Positions 49,838 through 59,480 of a stretch of 64,000 bases of DNA are shown piece by piece. Position 1 is the stretch's first letter. Each line of letters starts with the position of its first letter. The notes beneath the pieces were generated by a model. The model saw only the letters and a list, made by a program, of their open reading frames with translations, searched no databases and was not told the origin of the DNA. A program made the position numbers and the translations under genes. This DNA comes from an uncultured Acidobacteriota bacterium (GTDB taxonomy: Bacteria; Acidobacteriota; Thermoanaerobaculia; Gp7-AA8), in contig CAWGHO010000001.1 in the NCBI GenBank assembly GCA_963822445.1, positions 256,001 to 320,000 of the forward strand. Direction: 5' to 3'.

Positions 49838-50475
49838 GCACGCTCCCGCGCGTAGTAGACGACCATGGCCACGGCGAGAATCCAGCCGGCGAACGTCGCC
49901 CACAACTGCCGCCACGGCGGCGGAAACATCACCAGCACGCTTCCTGAGAACGCCGCCACCGCACCCGAATATCCGCCGATCATTTTCACGATGTGCTCAT
50001 ACAACCAGAGGCGGGGCCGGAAGGGCCACGCGCGTGGAAAGAGAAAGCGGTAGACATCGTAGAACGCGTAGGCCGACGTGCCGTACGCCAGTGCGCGCAC
50101 GACGGGGACGTTCTTCGTCACCTGCCCGCGCGCGAGGAGGTACGCGAGGTACGAGGCGACAGCGATGATGAGCAGCGTGACGATCCAGTCGAGCGCCTTC
50201 GCACGCTCCCCGTTCTTCCGGCGCAACACGCGCTCGCCGGAAAACACGCCCATGAGCGCCGCCGCGGTCAGACCGGCAAAGTACGCGTTGAATTTGATGA
50301 TGGTCATCAGCGTGGCCGTGCCGAGGACGAAGGTCATGAGCCACTGGAAGGCGCGACCGGCCCGGCGATGGAGGATCGATCGCGACCGCACCGGCTTCGG
50401 CACGGAGACCGCCATCGTTCCGGCGAGGACGGCCAGCGTTCCGGCGATGATGTGAATCACGAGAAGGGTTCGCAT
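49834..50475 (-). CDS. DUF2306-like membrane protein
   Basis: IHIIAG, LHRRAGR, EHIVKMIGGY, six TM helices. Co-transcribed with LytS/R. Confidence 0.7.
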   Translation of the reverse strand: MRTLLVIHIIAGTLAVLAGTMAVSVPKPVRSRSILHRRAGRAFQWLMTFVLGTATLMTIIKFNAYFAGLTAAALMGVFSGERVLRRKNGERAKALDWIVTLLIIAVASYLAYLLARGQVTKNVPVVRALAYGTSAYAFYDVYRFLFPRAWPFRPRLWLYEHIVKMIGGYSGAVAAFSGSVLVMFPPPWRQLWATFAGWILAVAMVVYYARERA

Positions 50476-50566
50476 GTGCGGACCTTACGGGCCGCAACTC
50501 CTTCAGGTTAGAGGGTTTGGGACGAAACGCAGGCAGGCGGGACGAACCGCCGTTAAACTGCGATTC

Positions 50567-51220
50567 ATGCTCACGCCGCGACGCATCGAGACCGAGGAAC
50601 TGCTCGACGAGCACGACGCGCCGCGCGAGGACATGGAGCGCTCCCTCCGCGACCTCCGCCGCATCAACAAGTACCTCGGCGGCATCGGCATCTACCGCCG
50701 CCTGCTTCGGCGCTTCACTCCCCGCTCCATCCTCGACATCGGAACCGGCACGTCCGACGATCTCGAAGCCGTGCCGCACATCCCGCTGCGCATCGGCCTC
50801 GATTTCAAGATCGATCATCTCCTCTACATGCGAAACGGGTCGCGCGTGCGGCGCGTGGTCGGCGACGCAACGCGGCTTCCTTTTCGCGAGGGCGCGGTCG
50901 ACGTCGTGACCTCCGCGCACTTCTTCCACCACTTCTCGCCCGACGGAAACGTGACCATTCTTCAGGAGGCAATGCGCGTCGCGCGGCAGGGCGTGACCGT
51001 GAATGACACGCGCCGCCATTACGTCCCGTTGCTGTTCGTGCTGCTGCTGTCGGCGCTGCGGCTCTTCGGCAGGATCACGCGCTACGACGCGCCGGCTTCG
51101 GTGCGGCAGGCGTACACGCTGGCCGAGGCGCGGGCGATTGCGGAGCGGGTGCGGGGGGCGAAGTACGAGATCGTGCGCATGTGGCCGTTCCGGCTGGGCA
51201 TTCTGTTGTGGAAGACGTAG
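50567..51220 (+). CDS. SAM-dependent methyltransferase
   Basis: ELLDE...LRRINKYLGG, ILDIGTGTSD, HFFHHF, YDAPASVRQAY. Confidence 0.88.
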   Translation: MLTPRRIETEELLDEHDAPREDMERSLRDLRRINKYLGGIGIYRRLLRRFTPRSILDIGTGTSDDLEAVPHIPLRIGLDFKIDHLLYMRNGSRVRRVVGDATRLPFREGAVDVVTSAHFFHHFSPDGNVTILQEAMRVARQGVTVNDTRRHYVPLLFVLLLSALRLFGRITRYDAPASVRQAYTLAEARAIAERVRGAKYEIVRMWPFRLGILLWKT

Positions 51221-52299
51221 CCATCGTCGGTGGAGGCCCGGCCGGCTCGACGCTGGCCGCGCTTCTCGCCTCGCGCGGCGTCAGCGTTGCCGTTTACGAC
51301 CGCGACAAGTTTCCGCGCGACAAGCTGTGCGGCGAATTTCTGTCGTACGACGCGTTGCCGGTTCTCGACGCGATGGGCGTGCTCGAAGCGATCGACACCG
51401 CGAGCGCGCCGCGGATCACGCGCTGCCGCGTCATCGGCGCGCGGACTTACGAGTTCGCGTTGCCTCATGCCGCGCGCGGAGTCTCGCGTCTGTTTCTCGA
51501 TGATCTCCTGCTCCGCACCGCCGCGCGCAACGGAGCCATCGTGCGCGATGGCGTCACGGTGACTCGCTTCGAAGAGCTCAACGCGCGCGTGGTCGTGGGC
51601 GCGTGGGGACGCTGGGGACGCTTCGACCAGCAGCTCGATCGCGCATTCGTCCGCGATCGCTCGCATCGCAATTTCGGCTTCAAGCGCCATTTCACCGGAC
51701 CGGTCGCGGACGCGATCGACCTCTACTCCTTCAACCGCGGCTACCTCGGCGTGAACGCCGTCGAAGGCGAGATCACCAACATCTGCGGTCTCGTGCATGC
51801 GTCGCGGCTCAGCGGACACAAAGGGCGGTGGGACGCGTTCGTCGACACGATCCGCGAGGAAGAACCGCGACTCGACGAGCTCTTCGCGCGTTACGAGCCC
51901 GCGCAGGAGACTTACCTCTCGTCGGAGCCGGTGATCTTTCGCGCACGCGCGGCGGTGGAAGGTGGCGTGTTCATGATCGGCGATGCGTCGGGCGTCATCG
52001 ATCCGCTCACCGGCAACGGGATGGCCATGGCCATTCAGTCGGCGCTGCTCGCGGCACCGATCATCCTTCGTGCGCTGGAAGGCGCGTCGGTCGAAGAGGA
52101 GTACCGCGCGCTGCACCGCCGCTTCTTCGCGAAGCGCATCGCTTGGAGCCGCCGCGTCGCCTTCCTGCTTTCGCGTCCGCGGCTCCTCGACGCAATGCTG
52201 GCCGCGATTCGATCGCCGAAAGCCGGCGAGCTCTTTCTGCGCCGCACGCGCGCGTCGCGAGAAGAGGTGCTGCGGCTCGCCGAAGCGTGGTTCTGCTAG
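51208..52299 (+). CDS. FAD-dependent oxidoreductase (geranylgeranyl-reductase-like)
   Basis: IVGGGPAG, FPRDKLCGE, IGDASGVIDPLTGNGM. Confidence 0.88.
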   Translation: MEDVAIVGGGPAGSTLAALLASRGVSVAVYDRDKFPRDKLCGEFLSYDALPVLDAMGVLEAIDTASAPRITRCRVIGARTYEFALPHAARGVSRLFLDDLLLRTAARNGAIVRDGVTVTRFEELNARVVVGAWGRWGRFDQQLDRAFVRDRSHRNFGFKRHFTGPVADAIDLYSFNRGYLGVNAVEGEITNICGLVHASRLSGHKGRWDAFVDTIREEEPRLDELFARYEPAQETYLSSEPVIFRARAAVEGGVFMIGDASGVIDPLTGNGMAMAIQSALLAAPIILRALEGASVEEEYRALHRRFFAKRIAWSRRVAFLLSRPRLLDAMLAAIRSPKAGELFLRRTRASREEVLRLAEAWFC

Positions 52300-52311
52300 A
52301 GTTTCCGCTTC

Positions 52312-52974
52312 ATGCCGCCGCTCCCCGAAGGCGAGTTTCTCCTTCCCCTGTTCCCCCTGCCGAACATCGTCTTCTTCCCCCACACGCGCCTGCCGCTGCA
52401 CGTTTTCGAGCCGCGGTACCGGCAGATGGTGAAGGACGTCCTCGACACCGATCAGCGTTTCGGCATCGTGCTTCTGAAGCCGGGCTGGGAGCGTGAGTAC
52501 TTCGGCGCGCCGGGCGTGTTCGAGCTGGGCACGATGGGAACGGTCGAGCAGGCGGTGCCGCTCGAGGACGGCAAATACAACATCGTCGTGCGCGGCGATG
52601 TCCGTTTCCGCATCCTCGACGAGGTCTCGAGCGTTCCATATCGCACCGCGAGGGTCATCGCCGAGCCGGAGCTGAACCGCCAGCCGGAGAAAGCGTACGA
52701 ACAACGCGAATGGCTGGCCGATCTGTCGCGGCAATACCTGAAGTACCTGCCCGATCAGACCGCGGTGCCGGAGATCGAGACCGTCGATCTCGACGCGCTG
52801 ACGAACGCGCTGATCATGTCGCTGAATCTCGACGTGCACGAGAAGCAGAAGCTGCTGGAGGCGTCGGATGTGATCGCGCGGGCCGAGGCGATCGGAACGG
52901 AGCTGGCGAACCGGATCGAGAGCCTGCAGTTTCTGGCGCCGTTCCGGAAACCGAGCGACCCGAGTAGGAATTGA
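52312..52974 (+). CDS. LON peptidase N-terminal substrate-binding domain protein
   Basis: LPLFPL..VFFP...LPLHVFEPRYRQMV, DGKYNI, RFRI. Confidence 0.9.
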   Translation: MPPLPEGEFLLPLFPLPNIVFFPHTRLPLHVFEPRYRQMVKDVLDTDQRFGIVLLKPGWEREYFGAPGVFELGTMGTVEQAVPLEDGKYNIVVRGDVRFRILDEVSSVPYRTARVIAEPELNRQPEKAYEQREWLADLSRQYLKYLPDQTAVPEIETVDLDALTNALIMSLNLDVHEKQKLLEASDVIARAEAIGTELANRIESLQFLAPFRKPSDPSRN

Positions 52975-53063
52975 GTCGTTAGTCGTTAGTGATTAGTCGT
53001 TAGTAGAACGCGCAGCAACCAGCGGTTCCGTCTACTAACGACTAACCACTAACGACTAATCAC
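52974..53063. repeat. Inverted heptamer tandem repeats between convergent genes
   Basis: agtcgtt-agtcgtt-agtgatt-agtcgtt-agtag ... ctact-aacgact-aaccact-aacgact-aatcact. Confidence 0.85.
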
Positions 53064-53551
53064 TCGCTCTTGATCTCCACGTCCCGCTCGCACACCAGAT
53101 TTCCGCCCCAATACCCTTCCAGCCTGTACTTGCCGGCCTTGGGCGGGGTGGGAATGGTCAGCGTGGCGATCTTCAGACCAGCGGCATCGCGCTGCACGAC
53201 GGCAACTTCCTTTCCCTTGTCGTCGAGCACCTTCACGCTCACGCGAAGACCGGCCGGCGCTTCCTTCAGCCACATCGAAAAATAGATCGGGTCTTTCTTG
53301 CCGAACGAGGTGCTCGCTGTGGACACCGCGCCGTTTTCGCCGAGGATCGAGCCGGTGTAGCACTGGGGGACGACGGAGAGCGGAAGGAGGATGACCTTGT
53401 CCACGTCGGCGTTCTTCATGTCCTGAGGCTTGCCCTCGAAGGCTGTGACCGTCGATGTCGGCTGAGGCGGCGGTGGAGCGGCGACCTCTTTGCGGCAGGC
53501 GAGAAAAACGAAGGCGAGGAGGATGGCGGAGCAGGACGTCATTCGTGCCAT
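53060..53551 (-). CDS. Hypothetical lipoprotein
   Basis: Lipobox FLAC, Pro-rich linker, Ig-like C-terminus (AGKYRLE). Confidence 0.7.
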   Translation of the reverse strand: MARMTSCSAILLAFVFLACRKEVAAPPPPQPTSTVTAFEGKPQDMKNADVDKVILLPLSVVPQCYTGSILGENGAVSTASTSFGKKDPIYFSMWLKEAPAGLRVSVKVLDDKGKEVAVVQRDAAGLKIATLTIPTPPKAGKYRLEGYWGGNLVCERDVEIKSE

Positions 53552-53564
53552 GTCAGTAGTGTAC

Positions 53565-54266
53565 CTATGCCGCGGGCTCGCGAAAGATCGTGTCGTGCGG
53601 CCGCGACATCTCTTCGGCCGGCCGGCCGGCCGTGTAGTAGTAGAGCGAGACCGACTTGCGGGTCACCCCGTCCGGCGCGGCCAGCGGATGCGGATGGCCG
53701 TGATACGACGTGTCCGTAGTCGAAAAAATCACCGTGCGATTGAAGAGCGGCGCGATCCGCTTCCGGCACTCGGTCATCGAGTCATTCCAGAGCTCGAGAT
53801 GCCCGCCCCACTCCTCGCGCCAGCCCTTGTTCAGGTAGATCAGCATGTTCGCGCGGCGATCGACTTTCAGCTTTGGATGCACGTTGAAATCGGCGTGAAT
53901 TTTCAGGAAGCCTCCCGGCTCGATCTGATGCAGTCCGCCGCCGCCAAAGTACGGATCGGGAATCAGCCCATCCATGCCCGTGACCGCCTCCAGCCAGAGC
54001 AGCATCTCGAAGCCGTTCATCGCGTCGAGAAACGCGCGGACGTTCGAAGTCACCACGCTGTCCTCGTGGTAGTAGCCGAGCTTCTTCTCAAGAGGCGACT
54101 CGAACCGGCGCCAGCGCATCTGCTCGGGCGTGGGGAACTCGGCGAGCACGCGCTCGAGATCGGCATCGTCGAAAAGGCCGTCGATGACGATGTGCGGAAA
54201 GGGATCGCCGTTCGCGTACTGCTCGCGAAGCGAATGCGGTTCGTAATTGAGCTTCACCGGCGCCAT
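53565..54266 (-). CDS. 2OG-Fe(II) oxygenase superfamily protein
   Basis: PFPHIVID, GGGLH, HADFN (HxD), GGHLELW, SYHGHP, RKS. Confidence 0.9.
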   Translation of the reverse strand: MAPVKLNYEPHSLREQYANGDPFPHIVIDGLFDDADLERVLAEFPTPEQMRWRRFESPLEKKLGYYHEDSVVTSNVRAFLDAMNGFEMLLWLEAVTGMDGLIPDPYFGGGGLHQIEPGGFLKIHADFNVHPKLKVDRRANMLIYLNKGWREEWGGHLELWNDSMTECRKRIAPLFNRTVIFSTTDTSYHGHPHPLAAPDGVTRKSVSLYYYTAGRPAEEMSRPHDTIFREPAA

Positions 54267-54275
54267 GTCGACTCG

Positions 54276-54285
54276 ATCATAGAAT
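54276..54285. promoter_or_regulatory. Overlapping back-to-back -10 boxes (TAGAAT plus, TATGAT minus)
   Basis: atcatagaat lies 7 nt before GTG 54293 and 9 nt before minus-strand ATG 54266. Confidence 0.6.
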
Positions 54286-54292
54286 GCGCGCC

Positions 54293-55096
54293 GTGCCGGA
54301 GCCGCTCCCCTACCGCGATTTCTACTACCCGCTCAACGTGTTCATGCACATCCTCACCGCCGAGGAGGGGGGCGTCGAGTATCTGCACTACGGATTGTTC
54401 GAGCGGGAGGATGAGCCGATCGCCGACGCACAGGAGCGCTCGACGCGGATGCTGCTCGATCGCCTGCCGCCGCCGCCCGCCCGTCTGCTCGAAGTGGGAA
54501 TCGGGCTGGCGACGACCCTGAATCGGCTGCTGTCGATGGGGTACGACGCGGTCGGGATCACGCCGGATGAGAAGCAGATCGCCATGGCCCGCGCGCGTTA
54601 CGGCGATGGGATTCCCGTGCAGTGCGTGGGTTTCGAGGCCTTCGAAGCGAGTGGAACCTTCGACGCGATCGTCTTCCAGGAATCGTCGCAGTACATCGAC
54701 TCCGAAGCGCTCTTCGCGAAGGCGGATGGGCTCGCGCCGCTGGTGATCGTCCTCGATGAATTCGCCATGCAGCCGCTCGACACGCCCGGGGCGCTGCGCA
54801 CGCACGCGTCGTTCCTCGAGGCGGCAGCGCGTCACGAGTTCGACGTTCTCGAAGATCTCGATCTCTCGAAAATGGCCCCGCCGACGGTTCGCTATTTCAT
54901 CAAGCGTTTACCCGCGCACCGCGAGCGCCTGATCGCCGACCTCGGCCTCACCAATGAACAGGTCGATGAGTTGATCGTGAGTGGGGAGCGATACGTCGAA
55001 AGGTATGTCGAAGGCGTGTACGCCTACAGATTGTTGCGTCTCGCGAAAACGCAATCCCGGCACATGAAATCCGCCGGCGCTTCTTCGATCCCGTAG
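54293..55096 (+). CDS. Class I SAM-dependent methyltransferase
   Basis: YLHYGLF, LLEVGIGLA, FDAIVFQES. Alternative ATG at 54284. Confidence 0.85.
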   Translation: MPEPLPYRDFYYPLNVFMHILTAEEGGVEYLHYGLFEREDEPIADAQERSTRMLLDRLPPPPARLLEVGIGLATTLNRLLSMGYDAVGITPDEKQIAMARARYGDGIPVQCVGFEAFEASGTFDAIVFQESSQYIDSEALFAKADGLAPLVIVLDEFAMQPLDTPGALRTHASFLEAAARHEFDVLEDLDLSKMAPPTVRYFIKRLPAHRERLIADLGLTNEQVDELIVSGERYVERYVEGVYAYRLLRLAKTQSRHMKSAGASSIP

Positions 55097-56070
55097 ATCC
55101 ACTTCCGCATCTTCGCCAGCTCATCCCCCTCCAGCACCTCGGCGATGCTGTTCTGCGTGAGATCGCCGACGACGTAGTTCTCGTCATAGTCCTCGCAGCA
55201 GAGCACGCACTTGCCGTGCGGAGTGATGTGGAGATGCTGGAGCGGACGCGAGCCGACGTTGTCGCAGCCGGCCAGGCGCTTCTCGCGATCCTGCGCTTTC
55301 ATTCCGACGTCCAGCCAGCCGGCGCGGTCCATCACCACGTGGGCCTCGACGACGAAACGGCTGCCAGCGAAGCGGTCGCGGATCGATTCGAAATCCTGCT
55401 GATGCTCGTCGTCGCCTTTGCCGAGGACGACGATCTTCATCTCGTTCGCGAGAGGGCGGTCCTTCATGTAATCGAGGTTGCGCAGGACGACCGTCAGATG
55501 ATCCTCACCGCGATCCTTCTGATACCGCTCGCGGTCCAGCGTCGACAGGTTGATGCAGAGATAGCGCAGCGGACCGCTTTCGATCAGCGCGTCCGTTTTC
55601 GCGGGGGTGAAACCGGAGCCGTTGCTGAGCACCGCGACTGGCAGGCCCTTGGCGAAGAGCGTCTGACAAAGCTCGACGAAGCGGCGATCGACGGTCGGTT
55701 CGTTGTAGCTCTGGAGAAAGACCGCTTCCAGGGTCGGGATGGTGGTCAACTGATTGACGATGCTGTGGAACATCTCGTCCGGCATCGCGTAGTCCTCGCG
55801 CGGCGCGATCGAGACCGGGCAGAAGTAGCACTTCTGATTGCAGGTCGTGGTCGTCTCCAGCGAGACCACCTTCAGACGATGCTTACGGGACAGGTCTGCA
55901 TCGGCGGCGACGAGCCAGCCTTCCGCCTCGAGAGCCGCGTTCGATTCACCGGTCGACTGGAAGTGCCGGAAAAGCGCGTACGCCTCGTCCGCCGGCGTCA
56001 GAGCGCGGTCGCTGAGCGGGTCGTAAACGCGGTCCGCGTCGATGTGGAGAAACGGGCTGGGACGAACCAT
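55024..56070 (-). CDS. Radical SAM protein with SPASM/Twitch C-terminal domain
   Basis: CNQKCYFC, YNEP, C-terminal GC...GKCVLCCED...CRDC. Confidence 0.92.
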   Translation of the reverse strand: MVRPSPFLHIDADRVYDPLSDRALTPADEAYALFRHFQSTGESNAALEAEGWLVAADADLSRKHRLKVVSLETTTTCNQKCYFCPVSIAPREDYAMPDEMFHSIVNQLTTIPTLEAVFLQSYNEPTVDRRFVELCQTLFAKGLPVAVLSNGSGFTPAKTDALIESGPLRYLCINLSTLDRERYQKDRGEDHLTVVLRNLDYMKDRPLANEMKIVVLGKGDDEHQQDFESIRDRFAGSRFVVEAHVVMDRAGWLDVGMKAQDREKRLAGCDNVGSRPLQHLHITPHGKCVLCCEDYDENYVVGDLTQNSIAEVLEGDELAKMRKWIYGIEEAPADFMCRDCVFARRNNL

Positions 56071-56137
56071 TGCGGTGAGTACGAGACCTGAGTGCGATGC
56101 GTCTAACGCTCTGAACCCACAGCCTCTTCCGCGTATC

Positions 56138-57298
56138 ATGCGCCCCGCAATGGCGATCGCGGTCCTCTTCCCTCGAAACGATCACCCCGCGATCGAGGAA
56201 CGTTACGCGAGCTGGCAGTCGCAGATGCGCCTGCGCCGCGGCTTCGAGCACGCGAAACTCGAGTTTTACGACGTGCATGAGGCCGCCGGGGACGTCGTGG
56301 ACAGCGTCGAGGAGCCGCATGTCCTGGTGGTCACCGATCCGCTGGTCGTGACGTCGTTACGCGTCGGCGCGAAGCTTCGGAATGCGCTCGAATCGAGCGG
56401 CGCCGCGGCCGCGGTCCCGGTCACGAATGAGACTCGCCATCCGCGGCAGCAGCGCGTTCCGCCGGCGCAGTATCTGACGTTGCGGGAGCTGGAAGAGGCC
56501 TTCGAGAAGGCTTCAGGCACGGCTGAAATGGTGACCTGGGATGAGTCCGATCCCGGCGTCTACCTCTGTAAGCGGGAAACTCTCGCTGGCGAGCGAGCTC
56601 AACTTTGGCGGGCGCTTCGCGGCCGCAACGTGGTCATCGATCCCACGACTTACGTCCACATCTGGAGTCCGATGCGGGCCCAGGTTCGCGACGATCTCCT
56701 GCTCTACATCCCCCTCGACGCCCGCTCCCTGCTCGAGCTCGGCTGCGGCGAGGGCGGTCTCGGCGCCCTGGTCAAGGAGCGCCAGAAATGCCGCGTGGCC
56801 GGCATCGAGCTCGATCCTCACGCCGCCGCGATCGCCCGCAAGAAGATCGATGACGTCTACACCGGCGACGTCCGCCACATCGTCGAGATCCTTCACGACA
56901 AGTTTGACTGCATCGTGGCCAGCGAGATCGTGGAGCACGTCGACGATCCCTGGTCGCTGCTCGCCGAGCTGCGCGACGTCACGGCGCGTGGCGGACGGCT
57001 GGTCATCAGCATCCCCAACATCGCCAACGCCTCGATCGTCGGCGATCTGCTCCGCGGCCGCTTCGACTACACCTACATCGGCCTCGCCTGCGCCGGCCAT
57101 CTCCGCTTCTTCACCCGCGCCTCGATCGAGGATCTGCTGGAGATCGCGGGCTGGAAGGTCGAGGCCATCGTGCCGCAGCGCGCGGTGGTCTCTCCGCAGG
57201 CGCAGGCGCTCGTCGATTCGCTGAAGAAGAGCGGCGTCGCGTTCGACGAGAACGAGCTGCTGGCGACGGGCTATTACGTCGTGGCCCGGAACGAATGA
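56138..57298 (+). CDS. Degenerate GT2-like domain fused to class I methyltransferase
   Basis: LLELGCGEG, FDCIVASEIVEH, ISIPN, HLRFFT. N-terminal half resembles a decayed GT-A fold. Start could be 56150. Confidence 0.8.
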   Translation: MRPAMAIAVLFPRNDHPAIEERYASWQSQMRLRRGFEHAKLEFYDVHEAAGDVVDSVEEPHVLVVTDPLVVTSLRVGAKLRNALESSGAAAAVPVTNETRHPRQQRVPPAQYLTLRELEEAFEKASGTAEMVTWDESDPGVYLCKRETLAGERAQLWRALRGRNVVIDPTTYVHIWSPMRAQVRDDLLLYIPLDARSLLELGCGEGGLGALVKERQKCRVAGIELDPHAAAIARKKIDDVYTGDVRHIVEILHDKFDCIVASEIVEHVDDPWSLLAELRDVTARGGRLVISIPNIANASIVGDLLRGRFDYTYIGLACAGHLRFFTRASIEDLLEIAGWKVEAIVPQRAVVSPQAQALVDSLKKSGVAFDENELLATGYYVVARNE

Positions 57299-58302
57299 AG
57301 CCGCTGAAGATCACCTACCTGATGGAAGACACCGAGCTGTCCGGCGGACAGCGTGTGCAGCTCGTGCACGCGGACGCGCTGATCGCGCGCGGGCACCGCG
57401 TGCGAATCGTGACCAAAGGGCTCCCCGTGACCTGGCGCCGTTCCCGCGCGGAATGGATTTACGTCGATCACTTCTCCGAGTACGACGCGCGCGACGAGGA
57501 CTTCATCGTCGGCACCTTCTGGCTGACCCTCGAAGCCGCCCACAACCTCGGCGGCACGCGCGCTGTCCATTTCTGTCAGGGCTACGAGGGATTCATCTCC
57601 GCGTATCAGCCGATCCTTCCGCGGATCGAAGCCGCGTACTCGCTGCCGTTGCCGAAGCTGGTCGTCGCGAAATCGCTGGTGCCGGTCTGCCAGAAATTCA
57701 CCGAGGACGTGACCTACATCGGCCAGGTGGTCGAGGATGAGTTTTATCGACCGGCGACGCCGCGCGAGCATGAACCGCTGCGGGTGTTGTTGTGCGGTCA
57801 GTATCAGGCGGATTTCCGCGGCATCGACGACGGCTACGGCGCCGTCGCACACGCCCGCTGGTTTCATCAGAAGCTCGATCTCATTCGCGTGTCGTCGTGG
57901 GCACCGTCGCGCGAGGAGCCTCTGGAAAGCGTGCAGGAGTTTCACGTCGCGCTGACCACTGACGAAATGACTCGGCTCGTGCACTCATGCGACGCGTTGA
58001 TCGCCCCGAATCATGCGGCGGAAGGATTTGGACTTCCCGCGGCGGAGGCGATGGCCGCCGGGCTGCCCTGCGTTTTGACGTCGATCCCTTCGTTCCTCTC
58101 CTTCGATGAGAGGCATGACTACGCGCTCTTCGCGCCGCAGGAAAACGCGGTGGAGCTGGGCGAGCGGCTGATCGAGCTGCTCAGCGACTTTGATCTGCGC
58201 GAGCGGTTGCGCGCACGCGGCCGGGAGGTCGCCGAGCAATGGCGTGTCGAGAACGTCGCGGACCGGTTGGAGCAGTTCTTTTTCAGCCGTACACAGCGCT
58301 GA
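57295..58302 (+). CDS. Glycosyltransferase family 4
   Basis: SGGQRV, RGHRV, EGFGLPAAEAMAAGLP (EX7E). Confidence 0.92.
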   Translation: MKPLKITYLMEDTELSGGQRVQLVHADALIARGHRVRIVTKGLPVTWRRSRAEWIYVDHFSEYDARDEDFIVGTFWLTLEAAHNLGGTRAVHFCQGYEGFISAYQPILPRIEAAYSLPLPKLVVAKSLVPVCQKFTEDVTYIGQVVEDEFYRPATPREHEPLRVLLCGQYQADFRGIDDGYGAVAHARWFHQKLDLIRVSSWAPSREEPLESVQEFHVALTTDEMTRLVHSCDALIAPNHAAEGFGLPAAEAMAAGLPCVLTSIPSFLSFDERHDYALFAPQENAVELGERLIELLSDFDLRERLRARGREVAEQWRVENVADRLEQFFFSRTQR

Positions 58303-58329
58303 AACATCTCGCGGATACGATTCGCAGTC

Positions 58330-59469
58330 ATGCGAAAGACAGCGTTGTGTCTCGCCTTCATTCTCGCTTCCGCCGCGATCGCCCAGCCGCGGCCGCAGGA
58401 CGAAGTCGCGGTCCTTAAAGTCAAAGGTACGGAACGGACCATCGTGCGGAAGAACATCGCCTACGACGGCGACTTGACCCTCGATGTCTACCGCCCCGCC
58501 GATGCCACCGGTGTTCTGCCTCTGGTGATTTTCGTGAACGGCGTCGGCCTTCCCGATCTGAAGGAGTGGGGCCAGTACACATCGTGGCCGCGACTCGTGG
58601 CGACGCGCAGCATCGCCGCGATCACCTATCAGACCAGCAGCGGTGAATCGGCGGAAGCGCAGACCGAGGCGCTTTTGAAATACGTGCGAGCGAATGCGGC
58701 TGCGATGAAGATCGACGCGAGCCGCATCGCGCTGTGGGCCTGTTCCGCGAACGCGCGCGTGGCGACGTCGCTGCTCGCCAAACATCCGAAGGCCGACTTC
58801 CGCGCCGCCGCGTTCTACTACGGAATCATGAGCACGCCGCCCGCCCAGCCGGACGTGCCCGTGTTCATCGCCAGGGCGAACCTCGACGTGCCGATGATCA
58901 ACGGCTCGATCGATCGCTGGGTCGCCGAGGCGGTTGCGCTCGATGCGCCGGTCACGCTGATCACCTATCCGCAGGGCCTGCACGGGTTCGACGTGCGGCA
59001 GGACACGGCCGAGGCGCGGGACATCATCCGGCAGACCCTCGATTTTCTGCAGTTTCACCTGACCAATCCTCGCGCGCCGCGCACCGAGCCGATGTCGCTT
59101 GCGCAACTGCAGAAGCTCGTGGCCGGCTCGGCACCCGCGGCCGCGACCGCGAAGCTGAATGAGATCCGCAAGACGCATCCGCAGGCCTTCGTCCTCCAGG
59201 AACAGGTCCTCAACGGCCTCGGCTACTCGCTGATGGGCGAGCGCAAGTTCGAGGACGCGGTGAAGATCCTCGAGCTTACCGTCGAGCTGAATCCGGAGTC
59301 GCCCAACGCGCACGACTCGCTCGGCGACGCTTACGAAGCCGCGGGCCGCACCGCCGACGCGATCGCCGCGTCCGAGCGCGCCATCGCGTTACTGGACAAG
59401 GTTCCCGAGGCGCGGCGGGCGGCGATCCGGAGCAGCGCGGAGGAGAAGCTGAAGCGCTTGAGGAAGTAA
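58330..59469 (+). CDS. Exported alpha/beta hydrolase with C-terminal TPR
   Basis: Signal peptide, LDVYRP, IDASRIALWACSAN, HGFD, TPR LNGLGY...NAHDSLGDAY. Confidence 0.85.
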   Translation: MRKTALCLAFILASAAIAQPRPQDEVAVLKVKGTERTIVRKNIAYDGDLTLDVYRPADATGVLPLVIFVNGVGLPDLKEWGQYTSWPRLVATRSIAAITYQTSSGESAEAQTEALLKYVRANAAAMKIDASRIALWACSANARVATSLLAKHPKADFRAAAFYYGIMSTPPAQPDVPVFIARANLDVPMINGSIDRWVAEAVALDAPVTLITYPQGLHGFDVRQDTAEARDIIRQTLDFLQFHLTNPRAPRTEPMSLAQLQKLVAGSAPAAATAKLNEIRKTHPQAFVLQEQVLNGLGYSLMGERKFEDAVKILELTVELNPESPNAHDSLGDAYEAAGRTADAIAASERAIALLDKVPEARRAAIRSSAEEKLKRLRK

Positions 59470-59480
59470 GATCGCGGGAT

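Noticed and set aside
52974-53063. Possible CRISPR array or telomere-like repeat
   Set aside because: Units are 7 nt with no unique spacers, arranged as an inverted pair, and no cas genes are present.
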